DNA of 38,964 nucleotides from Pseudonocardiaceae bacterium (GTDB lineage Bacteria; Actinomycetota; Actinomycetes; Mycobacteriales; Pseudonocardiaceae): NCBI GenBank assembly GCA_050699895.1, contig JBOHFY010000037.1, positions 1 to 38,964 of the forward strand, read 5' to 3'. Shown piece by piece: positions 7,709 to 15,248 of this stretch (position 1 is its first letter; each line of letters starts with the position of its first letter). The notes under the pieces were generated by a model. It saw only the letters and a program-made list of their open reading frames with translations, ran no database searches and was not told where the DNA came from. The position numbers and the translations under genes were made by a program.

Positions 7709-8122
7709 TCACCCTGAGGTAATCTGCTCGTGGAGGAGCAGCGCGGACACCTCGGACGGATCGGAGTCAAACGTGCCGACCCAGCCGTCCGAACCGAAGA
7801 TGAACGGACCCAAGCCGGCGTCCTCGGCGTAACGGGGGATGAGGTGCACATGGAAGTGTTTATCCTTGTCACCGACTGCGGCGACGTAGACTTTCTGCGC
7901 TCCGACACTGGAGACGATCTTGGCGGCCACCTCGCTCGCGAGGGACAGCACATCACCGGCCACGGCGGCGGGCAGCTCATGCAAGCCGTCGACATGCTGA
8001 GAGGCGCCGACGAGGACATGCCCGACCCGGACCGGGTCGTCCAAGAGAACGACGCCACGCGGCTCTCTGAGTAGGAGGTTCTCGGGTGCTGGGGAACAGA
8101 TGATGCAGTCGTCAGCGTCCAC
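7709..8122 (-). CDS. HIT (histidine triad) family nucleotide hydrolase/transferase, Hint-like
   Basis: The histidine triad is HFHVHLIPR and the N-terminal Cys motif is DCIICS. GTG 8122 is preceded by a strong SD (GGGAGGG, 8127-8133 on the - strand). It is the first gene of the operon. Confidence 0.9.
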   Translation of the reverse strand: MDADDCIICSPAPENLLLREPRGVVLLDDPVRVGHVLVGASQHVDGLHELPAAVAGDVLSLASEVAAKIVSSVGAQKVYVAAVGDKDKHFHVHLIPRYAEDAGLGPFIFGSDGWVGTFDSDPSEVSALLLHEQITSG

Positions 8123-8321
8123 GCTGCCCTCCCTAGTAGATTAGGTCGGGCTGGATACTAACGCCGTCGCGCACCAAGCCCGCGCAGGACCGCGCTACGG
8201 CGGTTCGCTCGGCTGTTCATCGACGCCGTGCGGCCGTGCCGGCTCGTCATCTGATCTGGGCGCAACGGGCAGCGAGCCCAGGCGCCCTTCCCACCGAGGC
8301 AACAGTGCCCGGACAGGGCCG

Positions 8322-8531
8322 TCAGGTGTCGAGGGTGGCGGCTAGGGTCGCGCGCCAGTGGGGAAGGGTGCAGGCCAGCACCGGGCTGGCGGTGCCGAGT
8401 TTGCTGTCGCGGACACCGACCCAGCCGGGCAGCTCGGTGGTGACCTCCACGCAGCCGTTCTCCCACGAGTAGCTGGACTTGCGCCACCCGGCCGCGGTGG
8501 TCAGCGCGGCGAGGGTGTGGTCGTGGTTCAC
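8322..8531 (-). CDS. DUF397 domain protein
   Basis: The signature is WRKSSYSWENGCVEV..VGVRDSK. The GTG start forms a GTGA overlap with the stop of the upstream XRE gene (8528-8531). Confidence 0.9.
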   Translation of the reverse strand: MNHDHTLAALTTAAGWRKSSYSWENGCVEVTTELPGWVGVRDSKLGTASPVLACTLPHWRATLAATLDT

Positions 8532-9394
8532 GTCAACTCCTCTATGCGGCGGACCAGCAGAGTCCGGGTCTCCTGAGGGGTGCGGGCGTGGACCTGGATG
8601 CGCCGCATTGTGTTGCGATAGGTCATGATCTCGGCTGGGTCCTCGTAGTAGGTGCCCCCGATCCGAGACTCGACGTAGGCGATTCCCGGATCGCCTACGA
8701 GCTCGGGCGGGAACGTCATGATCGTGAAGGTCCCCTCGATCCCAGCGTGTACGCCAGCCTCCAGCGGCAGCAGCTGAACGGTGAGCGCGGGCAGGTCGAG
8801 GAGCTTGACCAGGTGCTCCAGCTGCTCGGCGAGGACTCGTGGCTCACCGGCGGGCCGGTGCAGCACGGACTCGTCCAGCACACGCCATACGATCGGCGGG
8901 TCCGGCTGCCGGGTGAGCACGTCCTGGCGGGCCATCCGTTGCTCGATGCGCCGGGCGAGCTCAGCATCGCTCAGCTCGGGCTCGCCGGCCCGGATGACGG
9001 CCTTGGCGTAGGCCGGGGTCTGGAACAGGCCCGGCACGATCATCGAGTCGTAGCTGTCGATCTGCATGGCCGAGGACTCCATGGCCAGGAAGAGGTCGAA
9101 CCACTCCGGCGCGGTGCCCTTGAACGGCAGCCACCAGTCGCGGCCCTTCCGGGCGGCGTCCACCAGCTCCTGGAACGGCGCGGTGCGCTCGGCGACGCCG
9201 TAGAAACCGAGCAGCACCTCCAGCTCGGCGGCCTTCGGCAGGTTCCGCATGGTCTCCAGATGCGAGATGTGCGAGACCACACAGTGCAACCGCTCGGCCA
9301 CCCGCTCGCGGGTGAACCCGGTTCCCTCGCGCAGCCGGCGCAACTCCAGCGCCACATACCGCTTGAGGACGGTCGGACTCGAGGACGCGACCAT
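8528..9394 (-). CDS. XRE-family helix-turn-helix regulator with C-terminal DUF5753-type domain (WhiJ-like)
   Basis: The HTH is LRRLREGTGFTRERVAERLHCVVSHISHLE, and the long C-domain contains ..IVPGLFQTPAYA... ATG 9394 has an AAGGAG SD. The track start at 9451 adds 19 unlikely residues. Confidence 0.9.
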   Translation of the reverse strand: MVASSSPTVLKRYVALELRRLREGTGFTRERVAERLHCVVSHISHLETMRNLPKAAELEVLLGFYGVAERTAPFQELVDAARKGRDWWLPFKGTAPEWFDLFLAMESSAMQIDSYDSMIVPGLFQTPAYAKAVIRAGEPELSDAELARRIEQRMARQDVLTRQPDPPIVWRVLDESVLHRPAGEPRVLAEQLEHLVKLLDLPALTVQLLPLEAGVHAGIEGTFTIMTFPPELVGDPGIAYVESRIGGTYYEDPAEIMTYRNTMRRIQVHARTPQETRTLLVRRIEELT

Positions 9395-9496
9395 CGGCGG
9401 CTCCTTCGGGTGTCCTCCAGCAGTGTGGACCCGCCTGCTCGCACACATCACCCGAACGGGCGTACCCAGACCTGTTTTCTTGTATCGCGTTACCGT

Positions 9497-9508
9497 GTAA
9501 CATGTTAC
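9497..9508. promoter_or_regulatory. Perfect 12-bp palindrome GTAACATGTTAC in the divergent XRE promoter region (candidate operator)
   Basis: It is read directly from the sequence and is flanked by a second inverted pair, ACCGTG (9492-9497) and CACGGT (9514-9519). It sits about 100 nt upstream of the XRE start in a locally AT-richer stretch. Confidence 0.35.
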
Positions 9509-9704
9509 TACGTCACGGTTTCAGTACTGGTCGTGTACACCGTAGCCCCTGACGGACAGCGGCGCTAACGGCCAGGAATCTACATCCAGCGGAGGTGGTC
9601 ATGTCGTTGCAGGTCCTCGACGGGCGGCGAGGTCAACCGCGTGCCTCGGCGCGCGACGCCGAGCGGCGGTGCGCCCGGCTGGGTCAGCGAGCCGGGACGC
9701 GGGC

Positions 9705-10058
9705 GTGAACCCGGTTCGTGAGCAGCTGCGCAGGCTGTGCCGGTTCGGCTTCAACGGCCAGCGCCTGTTCAACCCCGACGGCTGTCTGGACCTCGTCCAT
9801 TACACCCGCGAGTTCCAGGGCATGCGAGAGGTGGTGCTGCTCTACAGCGAAGAAGACGCGCTGGCCTACCGCACCCACGACATGCTGGACCCGGACAATC
9901 CGTTGCGCATCAGCGAGAACGCGGTCGAGTGGCACCTGCACGGCGACGTCGTGACCGTGATCAACGCTCTGCTGTCGTTACCCACACCCGAGCCCCCCGA
10001 TATCCCGGCACAGGCCTCGGCAATGGATACCACCCCACCAGAGGAGCCCGATCCCTAG
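9705..10058 (+). CDS. Hypothetical protein (about 117 aa from GTG 9705; the track start is GTG 9669)
   Basis: GC3 is consistently high across the ORF, and I recognise no family. GTG 9705 overlaps (GTGA) the stop of a 35-codon upstream ORF (9601-9708) that has a GGAGG SD. It contains one TTA codon. Confidence 0.5.
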   Translation: MNPVREQLRRLCRFGFNGQRLFNPDGCLDLVHYTREFQGMREVVLLYSEEDALAYRTHDMLDPDNPLRISENAVEWHLHGDVVTVINALLSLPTPEPPDIPAQASAMDTTPPEEPDP

Positions 10059-10070
10059 CTCCCCCCAGAC

Positions 10071-10254
10071 CCGGCTGGCCGTTGGTCGAGCACCCCCGTG
10101 CCCCCTTCCGCTCCTGGCGGCCAGCCGGTTCCACGCCACCGCCGAGATACCCGACCCCAGTCCACGGGGCCCGTGCCCCCTTCCATCGCCGGCTGGTCCG
10201 TCGGTTGAGCATGCGGTCCCCCGACCCGCGCCAGCTCCCGACGGCCAGCCGGCC
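10071..10254. repeat. Two related GC-rich hairpins plus a 15-nt exact direct repeat between convergent genes
   Basis: Hairpin 1 pairs CCGGCTGGCC (10071-10080) with GGCCAGCCGG (10119-10128). Hairpin 2 pairs GCCGGCTGGTCCGTCG (10188-10203) with CGACGGCCAGCCGGC (10239-10253) and has one bulge. CCCGTGCCCCCTTCC occurs at both 10095-10109 and 10170-10184. Confidence 0.6.
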
Positions 10255-10290
10255 ACTCCCAGTGAGGCGCACCATGCCCTGGGTTCGGGC

Positions 10291-11538
10291 TTACCTCTTC
10301 GCGGGTGACGCGGCTGGCGCCTGAGGGGGGATGTCGGGGTTGGGGCGGTGAAGCCGTCCGGCGCGGGTGAACAGGTGGTTGAGGTTCCGCAGCGGCTTCT
10401 CGATCGCGTAGTAGCTCACGGCGCCGGCCGCGGTGCTGAGCACGCAGAGCATCACGGCGAGGGCGGGGAAGGCGGCGGGGTCGTGGCTGAGCTGGCCGTG
10501 CTGGTCGAGCCAGCGCAAGACGGGCTCGTGCCAGATGTAGAGGCTGTAGCTGATGGTGCCGATCCAGATCAGCGTCGGGCGGGCCAGCGCCCGTCGCCAC
10601 AGCGAGGTGGGTGGTGCGAGCACCGAGGTGGCCAGCAGCAGGGCGTAGCAGAGCGCGTTGAGGTTGTGGAAGGCGACGAATTCGGTGGGCTTGTCGCCGT
10701 GCAGTGTCAGACTGACGCCTAGACCGGCCAGGGCGGTGATCCGGGTGGTGAGCAGCGCGAGGGTGGGGAGCGGGCGGCTGCGGCGCAGCACCACGGCGAC
10801 GGCGAGGAGCATGCCGAGCCCGAAGTTGCCGAGCCAGGCGATCGGGTTGAACCACAGCGCCCACCGCTCGAAAGGGGTTTTGCTGACGATCGCGATGGCG
10901 TTCCAGACCGCGGAGGTCACGATCAGCGCGGCGGGAGGGGCGAGCAGGACAGCAAGCCGGGCGCGGGGGCGCCACTCGGCCAGCGGCAGCCGGCGCAGCA
11001 TGACGATGATGAGCGGGATCAGCAGGTAGAAGCCGACCTCGGCGGACAGGGTCCAGGCAGGCGCGATGGTGTAGAAGATGCGCTGGCTGTCAAAGGTTTG
11101 AGTCAGGGTGAGGTGCTCGAGCAGGTCGACCCAGTTCCCGGGCAGGACAGGGTTGCGATAGGCCCAGAAGATCAGGATCGCCAGCCAGTACACCGGCAGC
11201 ACCCGCAGCGCGCGGCGCACGAGGAAGCCGCGGGCGCTACCCGGATCCTGACCGGCGAGGAATCGCGTCGCGACGGGGAGGAACAGCAGGTAGGCCGAGG
11301 TGACGAAGAACCAGCTGATTATTCCGTCGAAGCTTGCGAGGGCGGCGCCGAGGGGGGTGCCGGCGTAGGCGCCCTGGCCGCCGGCGCGGGCGAACTGCCA
11401 GGCGTGGAACACGACCACGGCCAGGGCGACGATCCCGCGGCACCCGGTAATGTCATCGAGCCGCTCACGGCCAGAGTCGCTGCGGCTGGGGGCTGGGCTG
11501 GCCGCGGTGACGGACACAGCGGTGGCGGTGGTGGTCAT
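10291..11538 (-). CDS. Membrane acyltransferase family 3 (OafA/NolL-like O-acyltransferase)
   Basis: The N-terminus has RERLDDITGCRGIVALAVVVFH (conserved Arg/His start of AT3) and there are about 10 hydrophobic helices. ATG 11538 forms an ATGA overlap with the GT2 stop. The track extension to 12315 is an out-of-phase artefact over the GT2 gene. Confidence 0.85.
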   Translation of the reverse strand: MTTTATAVSVTAASPAPSRSDSGRERLDDITGCRGIVALAVVVFHAWQFARAGGQGAYAGTPLGAALASFDGIISWFFVTSAYLLFLPVATRFLAGQDPGSARGFLVRRALRVLPVYWLAILIFWAYRNPVLPGNWVDLLEHLTLTQTFDSQRIFYTIAPAWTLSAEVGFYLLIPLIIVMLRRLPLAEWRPRARLAVLLAPPAALIVTSAVWNAIAIVSKTPFERWALWFNPIAWLGNFGLGMLLAVAVVLRRSRPLPTLALLTTRITALAGLGVSLTLHGDKPTEFVAFHNLNALCYALLLATSVLAPPTSLWRRALARPTLIWIGTISYSLYIWHEPVLRWLDQHGQLSHDPAAFPALAVMLCVLSTAAGAVSYYAIEKPLRNLNHLFTRAGRLHRPNPDIPPQAPAASPAKR

Positions 11539-13424
11539 GCCGCGGTCTCCAGGGCGTAGTTGCGGCCGGGGCGCTGGGGTGCCTCGGCGCGGGCGGTCAC
11601 TCGCCAGGTGCGTTCGCGCATCAGTTCCTTGAGCTGGGCCACGCGGGCGACGGTGTTGGTGAACTCGCTGTAGAACAGGGCGCTGAGCAGGAGGTAGCCG
11701 ACGAACCAGCGGGGGTGCCCGCGGATCTCCGGGGTGGTCAGCAGGGTGGTCACGACAAAGAGCGACACCCCCCAGCGCATGCCGGCGCCAGGGACGAACG
11801 CGGCGTGGACGAGCAGCGGGAAGATCTGGAGTGACAGCCACGGGTAGATCTCGCGCCATCCCAGCAGGAATGCGGCACCGGCCTTCATCCGAAGGCTGGT
11901 GTGCCGGGAGCGGAGCAGAGCGGGCAGGTACTTCCGGCTGACCTGGGTCCAGCCCTGGGCCCAGCGCAGCCGCTGGGTGGCCAAGGTCCGCAGCCGGGTG
12001 GGGGCAAGCTCGCGGGACAGCAGCCCGGGGTCGCTGGCGATGTGGTGGCCCTGCAGGATCACCCGCATTGAGGAGTCGATGTCCTCGGTGAGCATCGAGG
12101 CACGCATGCGCACGCTGCGCAGCAGCGCGGCGTTCCAGTACCCGTTGGAGCCGCCGAAGATCCCGAAGCCGTGCAGGGCAGCCCGGCCGGGGTGGGCGAC
12201 GGCGTAGATGTGCTCGAACTCGACCGCGACCATCCGCGATAGCCAGGATGCGTCGCCGTTGCGGATGACGCAGTGGCCCTGCACGACGCCGTAACCGGCG
12301 TCCAGCCACCGCCACGCCCGCTGGAAGGCGCCGGGGGCGGGGTGGTGGTCAGCGTCGAAGATGCCGACCACCACCCCGCTGACAACGGCCAGTGCAGCGT
12401 TGACGTTCTGGGCCTTGGAGGTGCTTGCGGCGACGTTGAGCAGGACCAGGCGCGGGTCCCGTTCGGCGAGCTGGGCCAGGACGGCTTCGACGGGCATGGG
12501 GTGCGGGGTGTTGTAGGCGAGCACGACCTGCAGGCTCGGGTAGTCCAGGCCCAGAAACGCCTCAACGGTGTCGAGGATGGTGGCCGACTCGTTCGGCAGG
12601 TACGCGGCGATGATCGCCGTGGCCGGCGGGAGCGGACCCGGCGGTTGCTGGGGCAGCTTGGTGGGTTCCAGGGCCCGCAGTCCCTCCCAATACAGCGACA
12701 CCGCGGTGGCCAGCAACGCGGCCACCACGAGTGCGTAGACCACCGAAGTGACCTGCCGCCCGATCCCGGCCCGGTCGGCGGCGAGGTAGCCCAGGAACGG
12801 CACGCCCACACCGATGCCGAAGGTCACCAGTACCTGCGCCGTGGTACGCCAGCTCCGCACCCAAGCGAGCACGCGGATCGGCGGTGACTCCCGCCGGTGC
12901 CGGGGCCCGGACCGCTCCAGTGCGGCGTTCCACGGCACCGGCACCAGGTCCAGATGGTGCGCGGCGGCGGCTGCCGCCGTCTGGGCGCGGCGTGCGGCGT
13001 GCGAGGGATCCGGGCCGCGCAACGGGACGTACCCGACGAGCGGGGTCAGCTGCACTTGCTCGCCGGCCACCGTGACCGGCTTACCCGCGACCACCGTGCT
13101 CGCGCGCTCCAGCCGCTGCCGCATCCGGCCCGGCAACGAACGGGGCACCGTGAACAGCAGCGCGCCCTGCGCGTCGGCGGCGAACAACTGGGCCCCGGGC
13201 AGCGCAGCCAACCAGCGAACAGCGACAGCGCGGCGGGCCTGCGCCTCCCCGGCGGTGCCGAACCGGTGCCGGATCTGGTCCAGCTCGGCCAGCGCAACCG
13301 CCACCATCACCGCGGGACGGCCAAGGCTCCAGCTGTCTTGTGGCACAGGGATGGGGCTGGTGGCCGGGACCGCGACCACAGCCCTAGCTCGAGCGCGCGA
13401 CGACGGTTCCGATACCTCGATCAT
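11535..13424 (-). CDS. Processive family-2 glycosyltransferase (PgaC/cellulose-synthase-like) with an N-terminal degenerate GGDEF-like domain
   Basis: GT2 motifs are AYLPNES, GIFDADH, LTEDIDSS and QRLRWAQGW (QxxRW). Transmembrane helices flank the catalytic domain. The N-terminal ~190 aa resemble a GGDEF fold with the active site lost. The start is ATG 13424 (AAGGA SD); the track begins at TTG 13430. Confidence 0.85.
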   Translation of the reverse strand: MIEVSEPSSRARARAVVAVPATSPIPVPQDSWSLGRPAVMVAVALAELDQIRHRFGTAGEAQARRAVAVRWLAALPGAQLFAADAQGALLFTVPRSLPGRMRQRLERASTVVAGKPVTVAGEQVQLTPLVGYVPLRGPDPSHAARRAQTAAAAAAHHLDLVPVPWNAALERSGPRHRRESPPIRVLAWVRSWRTTAQVLVTFGIGVGVPFLGYLAADRAGIGRQVTSVVYALVVAALLATAVSLYWEGLRALEPTKLPQQPPGPLPPATAIIAAYLPNESATILDTVEAFLGLDYPSLQVVLAYNTPHPMPVEAVLAQLAERDPRLVLLNVAASTSKAQNVNAALAVVSGVVVGIFDADHHPAPGAFQRAWRWLDAGYGVVQGHCVIRNGDASWLSRMVAVEFEHIYAVAHPGRAALHGFGIFGGSNGYWNAALLRSVRMRASMLTEDIDSSMRVILQGHHIASDPGLLSRELAPTRLRTLATQRLRWAQGWTQVSRKYLPALLRSRHTSLRMKAGAAFLLGWREIYPWLSLQIFPLLVHAAFVPGAGMRWGVSLFVVTTLLTTPEIRGHPRWFVGYLLLSALFYSEFTNTVARVAQLKELMRERTWRVTARAEAPQRPGRNYALETAA

Positions 13425-13531
13425 GATCAAGAATCCTTCGAACGGTGGCGTCCGTCGAGGCTGCCTTCGTCACCCCATCGCCCATTCGAGGACCATCGTT
13501 ACGCTAAAAGTGAAAAAATTTCCTGATTGGT

Positions 13532-13547
13532 AACAATATGTATTGTT
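13532..13547. promoter_or_regulatory. AT-rich 16-bp palindrome AACAATATGTATTGTT in the GH30-GT2 intergenic region
   Basis: It has 7-bp perfect arms around a 2-nt centre. It is embedded in the most AT-rich stretch of this part of the window (13500-13550), about 110 nt upstream of the GT2 start. Confidence 0.35.
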
Positions 13548-13609
13548 TTTCACGGACTCCAGCTACCAAGACGCCCCTTTCGTGTTCTTCGAGTGTGAGC
13601 GCAGCGCCA

Positions 13610-15076
13610 TCAGGGCAGGTCGGTCCACGAGTAGGAGGCCAGCGATCGGGCGGGCACGGTGGTGCTGACCTGGCTGCGCCCAGTGCCCAGCACCACCGGT
13701 TGGTCGGCGCCGCTGCGGTTATAGACGACCGCGGCGAGGGTTCTGTTCACGTTGGCGAATCCCACAGCCTCGATCGCGCTCGGGTCGCTGGAGGTGGTGG
13801 CGACCCGTATCGCGCCCGGGCGCACCACCCTGGCGAGTTGGCCGAGTAGGTAGTACTCGACATTGCGGGTGACTTTGCCGGTGGCCGGGTCGATGGTCAC
13901 CACCCCTCGGCACTCGGCGCAGCCGCCATGGTGCGGGCCGTGCTCAGGGTCCAGCGCGACATTCCAGAAGATCAGCGTTCGGGCGCCGCCGCCGAGCGCG
14001 CCTATGATCAAGCTGTGGGCCGCGAAGTGGAGACTGGCACCGAAATCGGGCGACCAATCTCCCCCGCTGCACTCCGAGACATACACCGCGGTCCCCGCCG
14101 GCAGCTGGGACTCCTCCGCCGGGTCGCCGCCATAGCAGTGAAACGCCACCCCGCCGAGCACCGCGGCGGCCTTCGGGTTGGCCAACACCGCACGGGCCTT
14201 ATCCACCCGATCCCAGTTGTGATCCAACGCCAACACCCGCGGCGATAGCCCCGCCCGGCCCAATGCCGCCGCTAACACCGGGGCGAAGGCGGCCTGCTCG
14301 GCAGCCGACATGTCCATCGCCGGATAGCCCGGCGGTGACCCCGCCGGCTCGTTCTGCATCGTCACCGCGTCCACGGGGAGACCGGCGTCGCGGTAGGTGG
14401 CCACCACGCGGGTCAGGTACTCGGCGTAAGCCGGATAGAACTCTGGCCGCAACCGCCCCGCCTCGGCGGTCACACCATCACCCGAGCGCATCCACCCCGG
14501 TGGGCTCCACGGCGACACCATCACCCGCAGTTCCGGGTTGACCGCCTGGGCCTGCGCGAGCAGCGGGAACACCTGCGTCTGGTCCCGGCGCATCGAAAAC
14601 TCGGTCAGGGCTGGATCTACCCGGCCCGCCGGTTGATCATCGTAAGTGTAGTCGTCCAGAGCGAAGTCGCTCGCCCCGATCGGCTGGCGCAGATAGCTGA
14701 TCCCCGCCCCGGACACCGGGTCGAACAGATCCTCAAGCAGCCGAGCTCGGGCACCCGGAGTCAGCCGAGTGTTGATCAACCATGCCGACGACTCGGTCAG
14801 ACTCGCACCGAACCCGGCAATCGATTGAAAACGCCGCGCCGGGTTCAGCGCCACCGACATGGTCCCAGCGGGACGCACACCTGGTCGCGACCGTACGAGT
14901 CCCGGTACCGGGGCCAGCAGACGCCCACGATCGGCGCTGGTCACCCACCCCGCCACGGTAGGGTCACCCAACGCCGACGCGGACGCCGGGACGACCCACA
15001 AGACGAGCAGCACCGCGACCGCGATGGCCACCGGCCCCCGTGCAGCCCCCACTCGACCGGTCGGCACACAACCCAT
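13610..15076 (-). CDS. Secreted glycoside hydrolase family 30
   Basis: The signal peptide is MGCVP..VLLVLWVVPASASA. GH30 signatures are FQSIAGFGASLTESSAW, the acid/base motif VTMQNEP and the nucleophile region VYVSECSGG. Confidence 0.9.
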   Translation of the reverse strand: MGCVPTGRVGAARGPVAIAVAVLLVLWVVPASASALGDPTVAGWVTSADRGRLLAPVPGLVRSRPGVRPAGTMSVALNPARRFQSIAGFGASLTESSAWLINTRLTPGARARLLEDLFDPVSGAGISYLRQPIGASDFALDDYTYDDQPAGRVDPALTEFSMRRDQTQVFPLLAQAQAVNPELRVMVSPWSPPGWMRSGDGVTAEAGRLRPEFYPAYAEYLTRVVATYRDAGLPVDAVTMQNEPAGSPPGYPAMDMSAAEQAAFAPVLAAALGRAGLSPRVLALDHNWDRVDKARAVLANPKAAAVLGGVAFHCYGGDPAEESQLPAGTAVYVSECSGGDWSPDFGASLHFAAHSLIIGALGGGARTLIFWNVALDPEHGPHHGGCAECRGVVTIDPATGKVTRNVEYYLLGQLARVVRPGAIRVATTSSDPSAIEAVGFANVNRTLAAVVYNRSGADQPVVLGTGRSQVSTTVPARSLASYSWTDLP

Positions 15077-15248
15077 GATTGCGCGATCATCTCCGAGCTA
15101 CCATGGCGGTTTCACTCGGTCATGGCGATATCACCGGCCCGGGCGGGACAAACCTGCGCTAGGAGATCGAGTTCCTGCTCACCGTGGCCCGCTTCCACGC
15201 CGGCCCGCTGCCCGCCGAGTTCGCCGCCCACCATCCTGCGGAGGTCAC

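Noticed and set aside
13425-13609. A c-di-GMP (GEMM) riboswitch upstream of the GGDEF-like GT2 synthase.
   Set aside because: The leader lacks the GCAAA..GGCAAACC / GACGCAAAGCC-type conserved blocks as I remember them. The region is AT-rich and promoter-like instead.
14859-15248. N-terminal extensions of track ORFs. The affected genes are the serine hydrolase (14859-15248), KSalpha (to 38407), CLF (to 37058), KR (to 32105), AT3 (to 12315), the FAD monooxygenase (to 23350), the XRE gene (to 9451), the aminotransferase (to 2589) and the PEP-utilising gene (to 1471).
   Set aside because: The extensions overlap neighbouring genes and have poor GC3 or Pro/Arg-rich composition. Internal ATG or GTG codons with SD sequences, or with start/stop overlaps, give products that begin where the family alignments begin.
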